DNA of 64,000 nt from the NCBI GenBank assembly GCA_002633005.1, contig NMRA01000091.1, positions 615,979-679,978 of the forward strand. The letters run 5' to 3'. Below are positions 38,849 through 51,186 of the stretch, piece after piece. Position 1 is the first letter of the stretch, and every line of letters begins with the position of its first letter. This DNA is from Phoronis australis. Its lineage: Eukaryota; Animalia; Phoronida. The position numbers and the translations under genes are program-made. Under the pieces are notes generated by a model. The model searched no databases. It was not told the DNA's origin and was given only the letters and a program-made list of their open reading frames with translations.

Positions 38849-40663
38849 GTGAATTCTTTGGATTAGCTCGATCATGGCAGCTGGGGAGTCTGATATACTC
38901 TACATTACAGGAAACCCAACATTCACCAAACAGCCGGAGTGACGCTGTTTGTCTAATGTACATGTGCATGATTTAGGAAATGACGTACGTATTCAGCAAG
39001 TTCAGATTGTAGGGGTACCGGAACCAGTGAGATCCAACCACACTATCTATGCGCGCACCCAGCATAAAATGTAGGGGGGCTCGAATTTTTCGGTATGCGG
39101 ACCTTTTACTGAAAGAAATCAACGAGGACTAAAAAAAAAAAAACGCGACCACTAGGTTCAGGCCCGCGGTTTGTGCAACCGCGTCGACTTCCCCGTGAAT
39201 TTTGTGGACTTTCGTCGTTTACTCGGACTTTTTGTTTCACTGACGTGGACTCACTCGAGCTCCCCCCTGGGGGTGCGCCCATGTTGCTCAGCCTTTCGTT
39301 GGATGATCCGTCTGTGGTGACGATTTGGACGCGCGTTGTTGCCAGTAGCAGACTGGCTCTGGTTTATGCGTTTTATTTGGCTACTCTATTTGTTTATTAG
39401 GAGACAGCACTTGATTGACATGACCTATGAGGACAGGCCAATGACGACATTGTTCCCAATAGAATACTAGAGAACATTTTCGTAGATTCCAGTATATAGT
39501 GATTCATACAGGACATTCTGGAGCCTAGCACATGTTTGTAAAATGACCTGATAGATTTGGGAAAGTTGTAGAATGTACTTGAATTGGTGAAACGTTCAAC
39601 GTACACATAAATTAACGAGTGTTGAAGTGGTTCGAAGTTACTCAGCAGTTCATCACAATTCAAGGCTTCGCAGCACTGGCCAGAGCATAAAACATACAGC
39701 CAGTGCCAGCTGATCCACGTGGTAAAATGCGATAGTTTCTTTAACATGACCTGGCGTTCCATTGGTTTGAAGTACCATTCAGTGCTTAAATTGTTTCAAC
39801 ATCAATGAGACCACAGTGAACAAGGTGGCCATGCTATGTTAAAAGTACCAGTGGCTGTAGTTGAGTTGTCTCCGTAGATCTCCAGCCAAAATTTCCTAAT
39901 GGACACACTCTACAGGGATGCAGTCCAAAGTCAAGTTATTCGACTGCGACAGATTGGTAGAGTGCGACGTATTTTCTTCTGCTGATTGCTGTACTGTGTT
40001 TGGATTTTATTTGAACGTTTTCACGTGCGTGGGCAACCTGATTTAGCCTCGTTGCCCACAGATAGGATTTTTTTGAATTGGGTAAACATACTCTATCTGG
40101 TCTTGGCACTCGGAGTCAGAGTTAGGTATCTGGCTGGCAGCCTTCTGTACCTAGCTCTGCGCAATACCTCAGTTTCCTCTCATTCTTTCTTCCGTGTGTC
40201 CCTGTGGATCTAAACTGTCTTCAGCATATCTTGTGGCGCTTTTGCATTGCCCACCAAAGATTATTAATTTTGTACATATTTTATCTTATTTTCATCCCTA
40301 TTCTTTGTATTTGTTTCCGACCCTGTTGCGCGTGCGCGATATTGACACCGGCACACACGGACCAGGCAGGTGTTCAGTAACGCTAGGACCTACGCTAGGA
40401 CCTGGTAAAAATCTGGCCAAAGTCACGTGTTCTCATTTGAAATACACGGCAATATCTCACGTAATCTCGTGAAGTCTTGCCTTTTAGCGAGGTTCTAGCG
40501 TTACTGAACGGTAGGCAGTATTTTCTATTTTATTCTGGTTATCCGTCGGAGCATAAATTGGGTGTAATTTCATTGCGCCGAGTCTGTTTGCATCACTAAA
40601 GGGCCTGGCTTAAGTTATCTGGAGCCTTATTTAGAGACCTTCATTCTACCTCGTATATCAAAA

Positions 40664-40960
40664 TAGGCTATGTCAACTAGTAAAAGTACACATATTCTGA
40701 AAGGAAAAAGATCAGAGATTATAAGAAATATGTTTTATATCTATGTGCCTCTATCATTATTACGTTACCTCCTTTTTAAGTCAGAATTTCATTTTAAGGA
40801 AGGTACGTTCATAGCCAAATAATCCCTTGTTCGATTTTAATGGAACTCTTTTTTAAATGAAAACTTCACAATTTACCTCAAAAACACTGTAAGGAATTTT
40901 CCATTACTCATTCAATTTTGTTCCTATTTCAAATTAACTCGCAAAACGTATGTGTGAGGT
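40664..40960 (+). repeat. Dispersed DNA-transposon-like repeat, second copy about 63656-63890
   Basis: aggct.tgtcaac.agtaaa.gta...ctgaaag and colinear similarity; boundaries approximate. Confidence 0.6.
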
Positions 40961-42291
40961 ATTTTTCTGAAAAATAGCAGTCGTATTCGTCTATCTTACG
41001 TTTGGCAAAAACTAGTCGTTTACAAGGAAAATCCACAAGTGGTGAATAAATATTAAAATGGAAAGTTTCTGTGAAATTCACCGAGCCGTTTTCGAGAACT
41101 CGTGTTCCTAAGCTCAAATTAAATCATTTTGCCGAAGCCGAGGGAGTCATGATATCAAGAAACTAAGTGCGAAATGGACAACAGGTTTAGCAATTTGCTG
41201 TGTTAGAACACAAAATCACAGAGGCTGTGGTGCAGCAACTCCGATGACTTTCTCAACGGTCGTATGCATGCAGTCGCACAACTCCCTCAGAATACAAACT
41301 ACATTATTCTTCGTTTTGCGCGGCATCTTTCTATGCTACAGTATGTACACCTCATTCACTATAATATGACGAAACGGTGAATGAATAGGACGGAGGGTAC
41401 ACGGAACTGGCGGTGGATGATTTGTTTTGAGTGACAGCCCTGTAATCTTTGACCTTGGATAAGTAGTAAACATGAATTTCCACGCTGTTGAAGGTGGTTT
41501 CACTAAATCTTTTTTCTCGTTATATGCATGGTACATATTTCGTATTAGAAATAACCCCGAGAATGAAAATGAGGTATTTTCTTGGCATAAGTGAAATATA
41601 GTAAAAGTGGCCAATTTTTGTGAATAAGGTTTGAGATATCGTTTAATGGTCTGATTCATGGTCCAGGGCCATGCCTCTCTTGACTATGAACACCGGCACA
41701 TTTTCGCGGGAACAAGTCGGTTATCAATCCGCTGTAAAAGGAGTCAAGTGGCATTGCAGCATCGGGGAAATTGTTGTACAGTGAGGTTCAGGTGTTGCGA
41801 CTAAACATTTTTCGCATCTAGTTATCCACCTTTACGAATGGTCATGATCTTCATCTAATGTTTTACTTTGATTTCTATAATTCTCTATCCTGTCCCAACT
41901 TAACTTTTGCACAAACATGCTCAATTCCTTCAATAGAGGTCGCTTTCGTCGAGGTGTTTTTGTTGTTTCTCTTGAATTAACTCGCATATTTTAAGAGGAA
42001 AATTGATGCACTTAGTAAAAACAACAAAAATATAAAATGTTAAATAACCGGAGCCATAATTTTTACATTACCAGAATAAACAATTACCAGTTGTTTGTAT
42101 ATTTTGCAGTAACTTTGTATTGTATAAGAGTCCAGTGGTCTCACTGAGGACGGAATTCCATATTAAATATAACAGCACATAAACGACCTGTCAACTTTCT
42201 GGGCATTTCAGTTTACCGCGTTCTACTTTGACACATATAACATTGGTAATTGTCTGCACGTGTAATCAATTTACTTTTTGTGAAATTGCAG

Positions 42292-42306
42292 ATAGGCCTG
42301 ATAAAG
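42292..42306 (+). CDS. Micro-exon 3 (15 nt, DRPDK)
   Basis: aattgcag|ataggcctgataaag|gtaaga. Confidence 0.65.
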
Positions 42307-42841
42307 GTAAGAGTTATTTACTTGAGTTTATTTACAAAATCACATGCACACATGTTATGCTATCATGAATTTCCAAAAGAGCCATCGCCAAGAAAGAACA
42401 CCCATGGGGTCTATTTTAGGAAGAAGGTTTGAAAAGCCCAGATGGTCTCTTCTGGAATCATTTTGTATGCCGCGTTTATCAGAAATCTAACTTTTAAAAA
42501 ATCCGCTCGGGTCCTGCGCAAAGGTTCTCCCAAGAGTTCCGTAAATTGCATTTGATGTACAAGTGAAGTTTTAGTTCAATTTAACACCTTGGTCCAGTTG
42601 CATAAAAGTTATACGCCGTATAGCAACAATGACCTCGCATTATCACGCGTCACGTTGCTATTGTTGAACAATGCACCTGACGTCATGCAACAATCAAACT
42701 TATCCAGCGGATAATTTTTGAAGCTTTATGCAACTCAGCCCTGACGACCACTAAATTGAAGTTACAAACTCAAGTAAAACACACAATTTCGAGTTCATAT
42801 ATGAACTTACAGTAACCACAGATGTGTTTTGTGTTTTACAG

Positions 42842-42856
42842 ATGCTCTTCGTTGTG
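42842..42856 (+). CDS. Micro-exon 4 (15 nt, DALRC)
   Basis: gttttacag|atgctcttcgttgtg|gtatgt. Confidence 0.65.
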
Positions 42857-43283
42857 GTATGTTATATGGTACTAAGTCAATTTATATGCGTTACTGCACT
42901 TCAACTTTACGAACGATCAGTTTTGGCTGTGATCTCCATGACTACAAAATTGACTATCGGTTTTGGTTTATTTTCGGATTTGCGGTTAGAAATACCAATG
43001 CTATCCAATGAAGTAATGTGTACTTGACATGTCGAAAAAGTGAAATCATCTTAGTAACAAGACTGTGCGAAATGAGGTGAGCGTGCGAAATATTAAGAAT
43101 ATTACTGTACTTAGCTGAAACGAGTTGTGCTATGGGTATGTAGCAACGATTCCGTATGACGTGACGGCGACAATTTGTAAAAGGTGGAGCCATTAACATT
43201 GTTGCGAAATTATTAAAAAAAATTAGTTTTGATGAAATCTGCACAACATTATGTTTGTAAATGGCTTGAATTTTATATTTCAG

Positions 43284-43304
43284 ATAAGTACGGGAAGCCA
43301 CTAT
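43284..43304 (+). CDS. Micro-exon 5 (21 nt, DKYGKPL)
   Basis: tatttcag|ataagtacgggaagccactat|gtaagc. Confidence 0.65.
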
Positions 43305-43486
43305 GTAAGCTAATCAGAACATTTACCTGGCTAATTCAGCCCATACGCCTAAATCATATTCTTGATCACATACAAATGTTTCCTTTGTAAGCGTATGTAT
43401 TGCTGCACTCGGCACATTGTGGCTCGGGTGGCTGCATATGCCTACATATAGCGCAAAAACATGTGACACAACACTTATTTATACAG

Positions 43487-43501
43487 GCACCTATCCTCTG
43501 T
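43487..43501 (+). CDS. Micro-exon 6 (15 nt, CTYPL)
   Basis: tttatacag|gcacctatcctctgt|gtaagt. Confidence 0.65.
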
Positions 43502-43673
43502 GTAAGTGCATGTCTTAACTGCGTGTTTGTCCATTCTTAATAATTTTTTGTTCAGACAGTCGCCAGGTATCAATCGAAGTACATGTATGTTCATTTACCA
43601 ATCGGATGGAGATTTGTGATAAAGATATGGCTACTAGAAACCATTTTCCTAAAGCATTTTTTGTGAAAGACAG

Positions 43674-43858
43674 ATGAGAGTGTCGATGGATTTCGAGTTA
43701 AAATGTTTGTCAACGGAAACTGTGTAAATATGAACACAAGTATTCTAACCGTTCAACTGAGCGAGCAGAATTTATTCCATTCCCAAATCTGGCAAACGTC
43801 AAGAAATATCGAAGAAAAATGGGCCCGGGAGTGCCGGAGATTATACGACCAGTGCTGA
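43674..43858 (+). CDS. Possible alternative terminal exon (..ESVDGFRVKMFVNGNC...ECRRLYDQC*)
   Basis: cag acceptor in phase 1 (or aag acceptor at 43669 after a 29-nt exon 43556-43584); about 62 open codons, AATAAA at 43946. Confidence 0.35.
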
Positions 43859-44362
43859 ACGTGAATCGTGTCAGTGGTAAAGTGTCAGCTGTATGCTTAT
43901 ATAAAAATACTCAGCAGGCTCAGATGTCATTTTTTATAAATTTCCAATAAAAGGCAGGAATAGCAAAATTGTACGCAGAATAGCCTGAGGGGACATAGTT
44001 AATGCTCGCTCAGGAGTAATCCAGGGTCGGTTACTTCACCAGTGGCAAGGCCTGCATCTTTTACCTCTTCTTTATGTGGTAACTTTTCCTGTTGCCTTTC
44101 CATTCCAACCTGTCTGAAAGCTCAAAATTGACCCAATTCCTGCAAATTCAATCTATCTGTGACCTACCTAGTTTAAGGAGTTCATTCAGGGCTGAGTTAC
44201 ATCAACAGAAAGGCGTTAGTTTGTCTTTGTGGAGAGAAATCTTGGCTTATGGAACAAAAATGAACCCAGTCCCACAATTCGACACCCCAATCTCCACTTA
44301 AGTGGCCGACATTTTACTGGAATAGGCAGGTAACTTGAGATCCAGAATATACAACCCAAACC

Positions 44363-44832
44363 ACCCGTTCCAATCGCCGTAACACCATTCAAGAGTCTAT
44401 TAAATGCAAGCCGTTACATGCTTGCAGCTCACTGTATTATATTACTACAATACATTACACACCATAACACTCTTCAACGAGTCCTACATTCGTTTTTCAG
44501 TGAGCTCCAGGATCAAGTCTATGTTTACTCTTGTTGCCAAGATTTTCGCTTATGTTCAGGTTCGAGACTAGCAGCAAACTGTATTTCGGGCCGAATTTAC
44601 AAAATGGCAGCCTCAGATGAAAGTACCGCTATCCCAGAGCTCTTATGTCTCGCGACTTCAAACTTTTTTTCTTTGCTCAAAGAAAAGGCCGTCTCATTGT
44701 GGGCACTGTGGCACTCGTTGAAGAGTGTTACGGTGTATAATGTATTATAGTAATATATTACAGTGAGCTGCAAGTATGTAACGTCTTGCATTTTGTAGGG
44801 TCTTGAATGCTGTTACGGCGTTTGGAACGGGT
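44363..44832. mobile_element. MITE with about 120-bp imperfect TIRs
   Basis: ACCCGTTCCAA.CGCCGTAACA...CTCTTCAACGAG and its reverse complement at 44712-44832; CC on both flanks (possible 2-bp TSD). Confidence 0.8.
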
Positions 44833-47489
44833 CCAACAGTCGCGTTTCATTCGCGTGACTGGCGATGTCGTGCGAGATCTTCATTTCTTTATGTGGGTGA
44901 TCCTTTATGAATCCCCAATATTCCTCAACTGCTCGTGAATTTTCCAAAACATTTCGCTGAAAGAATTGAAACCAACCTGTGAAAGGTTCGTTGAATTATT
45001 ATGAACTTTCAAGACATTGTTACAGCGTGTGATGTGATGTAGCCACAGGTGGCTTGCTGACATGACTAAAGGTTTGCGATAAGCAATTTTCCTTATAAAT
45101 TTGTTTGTAATTCTCTCTGGCTTCGAAACCCAACATTTTTCTTCAAAAAGCCTTTCAGCTTTAAATGTTCAACAAAATTTACTGAACAGTCGTCTTCGTT
45201 GTATTGGCAATGACGGCTTATAGAACCAAAATTATTTAAATTGCCCACGATTTTGTATAGATACAGCTAATTTCTTGAGTCCGCTATCACTGAAGAGGCC
45301 ACCCTCATTTTAAATATCATAATAATAATAATAATAATTTATCAGCCCAAAGTTCGCATTGATGATTTGTTAGCAGCTATAAATCCTTTACACTTCATAT
45401 CTTGAATACTATATATAATACGTAAACGGATCGTGGACCCGTTTTATGAAAGAAATGAAGTCCGTTCACGGCACATCACTATCAATGTTTGTTGTTTATG
45501 CCAAATGTTGATTCTGTCTTAAACATGACCGTAATCTTATGAAAATAGAAGTACCACCTTGGTGAACCGCTTTACTGAATTATTTGCCAATAAAATTTGA
45601 AAAAAAGACCGTCTTAGCTACGACCAGACTTCCCATCTCCGATAAAACGTGTCCCTTGTGTTTTGTGCTTGATTGCCCTTGTGTCGAGATTACATTTTCT
45701 GATATTAACACTGTTTCAAAATGCTTCCAGCCGTACAACGACCTCTTGAGCCACTTCACCATTTGTCCACACAAGGTTTGTATTGCAAGATTTAAATCTG
45801 AATATTTGAAATTTCATCGAATTTGCTAGCGTAATAAATTGGGCGGGTTACGCTCTGTGTTTACGTCGTCAACCACTCATTTTACTAACACCCTTTAACT
45901 GCTAGAGAATTTAGACAAATTCTCTGATATTGGGTATTTTCTTGTGCTTCAGTGACCAATAGTAGGACTGTAGAAGATTTTGATTTGCTTTTCTATCGGT
46001 AACCGCCTGCGGTTGAGTCTGTTATTAGTGCTAAAAGATGGAGGTAGAATGGTGAATTCCGTGACACGACGAAGACCTGTGTTTTGTAATCTCCGTAACC
46101 TGTTGACTTGGTCCCGGCTCTTATAATGCATTACTAGATACCTCTCTTCCAATTTCTGTGCAGCAGCTCTCACAGCATTTGTAGGTGCGAATGTCGCCCT
46201 GTACATGAGTCATCGGTAGATGCAACTCATGTGTGCCAAGATGTTGCGCAAAATGATTAGTGGGGATTCCAAGGTTGGCTTTATTCGATTTCCCACGTGC
46301 TTGTCTGCACTGAAATCACGAATCCAACGAGTAACTCACCGTGTCGCTTTATGCAAGCGTGCTAAAGAAGGCAAACCTGAAAAGTCAAAACCTTATGACG
46401 TAAGACACAGGTGTGGAGCGATAGAGGAGTATTTTAAAAAATCAGTGTGGTTCTACCTTACCAAACTCATACAATGTATTTAGATAAATTGACCTATTGC
46501 CAGGCTTATGACTGACGGCTTAACCAACCAATCAAAACGCAGCATTCTCGATACACCTTCGTCTGCGTTTCCAAGCCGCCATTTTACCCGACAAACAATG
46601 TCGTTGTCGGTAAAACTTATTTTAGTCTATAGATAAAAAAATGTTTGACAAAATGGTGAAACGGTGTTGATATGGCGTGTGTAGTTCTGATTGCCGTTAT
46701 ACACCTAGAGAAGAATATCCCGTCATTTTTTTGGGCATTCCCTAAGCCGAAAAGTGTCGACTGTGAAAACGATGGATCAAACTGTGAACGGCCAGACGAC
46801 ACACGAGCAGCTAAACATAACAATGTTGCTGGATTACTCGAAGGGTAAACACATATACATTTGTTCCAAGATACGTACTTTTCAGTTTGGTGGCTATACT
46901 GTAGGCCTATCTGATTTTGACTCCGGAGTTTCAATCGTGTGAGGGCCTCTGTCTCGGCATCAGCTGGATCCCAGCACAAGTCTAGCAGTAGTCCCCGGAA
47001 AGTTGTTTTTAAGGACATTTTTATTGTTTTTCATTTATTTCTACCTATAATGGACACCGTTCTGTGTCGTAGCACAGGTACAGTTTTTGTTATTCATATA
47101 CCCGTTGGCTGGTGTTCAACTGAACTTCTCACCAAAATTGATGGATTCGATGGCACATGCTGGGAGGGCACTAAAGTACTGAAATCAAAGCATCGTTCGA
47201 GCTGTTGTCACGAAAAAATAAACAGTTGAATTACTTTTTGATAAGAACTTATAGTATACACTACGCCTGTAGCTATAAGGAGAGCTCCTTTTGTTGTTGT
47301 TCAAACACGATACGTGGATTTATGAAGCTTTAAAAAGCAATTTTAGTTATTTTTGTAAATGGACACTTTTTTCCACTACACCAGACTCGTCATCTTTTGT
47401 TACCATACCACAGCTTTGTGATCATGCTACGTTTAAAATTAAATGCGAAATACCTTTATGCAATGAAACTACAAAATTTATGAAGCCTA

Positions 47490-47840
47490 GCTTAAATGTC
47501 CACATCTTCGGGGTCTGTTAGCTAAGCTGAGAACTGTTTGTTCAAACCACTCCATGTACAAGTTGGCAAAGACTGGTGATAGTGGCGAACCCATTGTCAT
47601 TCTTTGTGTCTGCTCGTAGAACTTGTCTCGGTACTGGAAGTAGGTGGTATTGACACAGAATGTCACTAATTCCAGAATGGAGCCTGTTGGGATGTTTACA
47701 TCCTCTGATGGCTTGTGGTCATGTTCTAATTTTGATCTGAGTAATGGGAGGATCTCTGATGTTGGTACACTTGTGAATAGGATTTCGACATCAAAGCTCA
47801 CCATGGTGTCATCTGGTGTAATGCTGACTGAAGACAACAT
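47490..47840 (-). mobile_element. Penelope-like retroelement reverse transcriptase fragment
   Basis: VSFDVEILFTSVP, TYFQYRDKFYEQ and MGSPLSPVFANLYME are typical PLE RT motifs; truncated before the YxDD motif. Confidence 0.9.
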
Positions 47841-47957
47841 GACACGAAGTGCTTCGGGTCCTTTACGTACTAGGCAGTTTTCCCAACTAGTGGGGATATG
47901 ATGTTGTGGAGGAATCTAGCATTTCTGTATATTAACATTCATTGAAAATATTTTCAG

Positions 47958-47978
47958 CTTTAAGCCGGTACAGAAAAG
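47958..47978 (+). CDS. Micro-exon 7 (21 nt, SLSRYRK)
   Basis: attttcag|ctttaagccggtacagaaaag|gtaagt; phase 0 excluded by TAA. Confidence 0.7.
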
Positions 47979-48962
47979 GTAAGTCCGAACAACCGAACGC
48001 TCACTCTTACAAGATTTGATAATCTTTAGATTAAACCGTACCTATGTAGAAAATATCTTCGGATCTTTCAAGTCATGTAGAATGTACCAAAATAAAACAG
48101 GTTTCATAGTGTTCCTTACTGGAAGGATGTTTGGTTTGAAGTGTTGTACTGCAGTATGCGCGTTGGGAATGGCTGAGTAAATGGTCAGTTTATATTTAGA
48201 GTAACGTATATCCAGCCATGATTCATACTCTTTCAATGAACTGTAGAGGACTCTGCGATACTTTCAAAAGAAAAAGAAAGTTACATGTATGTAAACAGTC
48301 AAAAATATTCGATTAACTGTCTCCAAGACACAATTTCTGTGGACAGTAACTTAAAACGCCCGTCTGTCAAAAGTGGTAAGAAAAATTGTATCGCAGGAAC
48401 TTTACAAGTATGAAGATATCCTATTAAAATGTCTTCACGCTTATGATGTTATTGATTGACTAATATCCAATGACCAAAATAGTTAGGAGACCACATATAC
48501 TGTTCTTGAATATATCATGTCATGCTTATTTTCCTTGTTTTTATTGTTTTCAACGTTTTGATAGATGAATGATGGTATAAAACTCCGCGCTATCATTTCT
48601 TGTCAAATACTTTGGAGTCGCCAGTTAAAGGCGAAGGCAACCTTTTTCCATGTCATTTTGAGCTAAAATAAGGTTGGTTGGTTATCCTAGACATATTTTT
48701 CACTTAATTACAGCTTTTCGTAATTTTATTAATTACTCGTCCGCTTTTCCGGAAGTGACGTTTTAGGAGGCAAGCGCTTCCCGCCACTTGGTTTTGCGTT
48801 GAGCTTACTGTGCGAATCTGTTCTATTCTACTTTTGTTTTGTGCTATTTTTCACCAATTGTCGCCACCACTTTCCATCGGCGAGTATTCTGCGGCAAGAT
48901 AGGTTAGTAGAGAACTCAACTGCGTTGGATTTAGGGATTGTTTAGTGTGTTGTAAGCTGAAA

Positions 48963-49236
48963 ATGGCTGGAGTCGGTGACCCGTATCACAGTGACAGTAG
49001 TGTGAGTGACGGAGACCTTGTTCACAGCAGTGGTGACGAGGAATTTTTTCACGGACATTCAGTGGGTGGGTACATGTTTGAGCCCGAGTACAACGAGGCA
49101 GAGTACACACAGGCACAGGCAGCTGTTGAGAGAAACGAGGCGGCTACTGAAGACAGACGTGGTGACACATCTTGGTGCAAATGCACTGTGTGCGTTGTTA
49201 TGCCTACCTCAATTGAATGCTTGTGCTGTTCCGAGT
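48963..49236 (+). pseudogene. KolX accessory protein fragment (P2X7 ballast-like Cys cluster)
   Basis: YMFEPEY followed by WCKCTVCVVMPTSIECLCCSE, the motif shared by KolX and the P2X7 C-terminal domain; cut at the deletion junction. Confidence 0.85.
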
Positions 49237-50304
49237 TCCACATCAATTATCTTTTTGGTCTCTTCCTCCATTAGAGTGTATGTGGTATACTTGGCGGACC
49301 GCCCTGGTGAGTCAGACAAGTTCTCCTTCTCCATGAATTCCGCCACCAACTCGAGATGTTGTGACATGTATGCGTCATTGACAACTGGTATTAAATAGGA
49401 ATTCTGAATGTTGTTGAATGTTGTTTTCGAAAAAAAACTTGACTTTTCCAAAGTCCATCATTGTCTTCACCGACTGAAACGTGTTTCCAGTGAAGAGCAC
49501 ACCACTGGACATGGTTAAGTGGACCTCCGGCATACCACGGACAGAGGAACAACTGTCCCACTTGCCAGAGTGTCCCGTGACACACTCCCACTGGATGGTG
49601 ACCTGAGCACCCAAACTGCTTACATTGTGTCGTGTGACTCCCTCGCCACACACCTGGCACCTTCTAAATAGCTCCAACACTTTAGACAAGTCCACAATAA
49701 ACTTATCAAAGTTTGGCTCACCGATCTGTTCACTGGACGACGAACTGTCCTCTTCACTGGGTGTCGAACTGGGCCTGTAATCACTCCCACTACTCAATAT
49801 CGCTGCAGGGCTGCTTAGAGGCTCTGGGCTGGAGAAAACAGCACAGGGCGAATCACTACTGGTTCCAGGAATTGCACGCTCTGGGGTACGTTCGGAGGCA
49901 CGGGTGACAGTAGATGAAGTGCCTCCACTGGCTCCAGTCACTGTACTGGCCACAGCTCGCGAGGCTTCTCGCTTCAAAAACGCACTTCTCGGGGGTGGCG
50001 ACGGGGCACTGCCGGGAATCAACACAGACGGAATGGCATCCTTCTTCAAGCGTTGTTTCGCGGGGACCTTCATCAGTTCAGCGTACAAATCCCTTTCGTA
50101 ATCGGACGGCAGAAAGTGCTTGCCACACACACGGTAATTCTCCACTGCTTTGTACGTTGCGTGGACGGGTAACGCTGCGTTCTTCACACGAACGAGCCAA
50201 GTACGGCGAAGTGTGTCATCCATCGGAAAGCGATGCAAAGGCACTCCCAAAGCGCGCGTGAGCCGATAATTACTACATCCCGGTACGCAGCAACAGTGTG
50301 GCAT
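49235..50304 (-). pseudogene. Kolobok THAP transposase, frameshifted and 3'-truncated
   Basis: THAP C2CH (CCVPGC..W..VCGKHF..AIPS), CQVC..WEC..GH zinc motif, frameshift in the A-run near 49435, then DSPGRSAKY..YTLM motif. Confidence 0.88.
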
Positions 50305-51043
50305 GTTGACTGACTAGTAAATGAAAGCGAACGACGACGGAACTTAACACAACCGAGGTAGAACAATGACTGACTCGGCAGCTCTCACAGTCAGACTATG
50401 TGAAAAGAAATTGGCGGGAAGCGCTTGCCTCCTAAAACGTCACTTCCGGAAAAGCGGACGAATAATTAATAAAGTTACGAAAAGCTGTAATTAAGTGAAA
50501 AATATGTCTAGGATAACCAACCAACCTTATTTTAGCTCAAAATGACATGGAAAAAGGTTGCCTTCGCCTTTAAGACCTTGTCACACTATGACGAATAGCC
50601 TCAGTGCACGCGAATTTTTTTAGATTTTTTGTGATTTCTGAAGTCATGTACCACCGTAAACTCTTGTTATTTTATGGAGTTGCGACGGTCGCAACAACCT
50701 AAAATGACGACAGTTAATTCCTAACTGTCAAACGGAATTCGCCGTTTTCCTAAAAACATTAAAAAATTGCTGTAGGCATACGCTGGGCATACACCGAGCA
50801 TACGCTGGACCAATTCGCCACAATGTAACGAGCCTTAAAGTTTCGGGGAGCGGGGAGTACAAACGGAGAATGGATGTTAGCGTAGACCACAGGAGATCTT
50901 TTGTGATTAACAGGCCGCGGTACTATCGTGACCCTTTGTGTCTCTCGTATCTGCGCATACACTACAGAAGTACATGTATTAGTGTCTCACGCCACCTCAG
51001 TATTGTCCAGTTGTTGGCGATAGTAAGTGACGCATGTGCCGAA

Positions 51044-51186
51044 TATTTGCGAGGGAACGTAAAAAAGCGAGGGAACGCAAAAAAGTACGAGGGTAAACAA
51101 AATTTTTGCAATGGAATGCAAAATATTTGCGAGGGAACGCAAAGTATTTGCGAGAGAACGCAAAAATTATGCGAGAACGTAAAAAT
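51044..51186 (+). repeat. Degenerate minisatellite, about 7 units of about 21 bp (TTTGCGAGGGAACGCAAAA..)
   Basis: Visible tandem units; accounts for the repetitive tail of ORF 50870-51226. Confidence 0.8.

Larger units (their letters stand above)
48629..50569. mobile_element. Kolobok DNA transposon, internally deleted, young
   Basis: 158-bp TIRs (48629-48786, 50412-50569; 2 mismatches), AG..CT termini, TTAA TSD on both sides, convergent THAP transposase and KolX fragments. Confidence 0.93.

Noticed and set aside
39397-39960. 121-aa minus-strand ORF as a gene or retroelement
   Set aside because: No recognisable motif; possibly decayed TE sequence, but unsupported.
41244-41340. ATG-started hydrophobic stretch with a gtatgt donor as an independent first exon for the 42-44 kb micro-exons
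   Set aside because: In frame, but two good micro-exons and a perfect phase-1 donor lie further upstream, so the VWA-like exon is the better start; not fully excluded.
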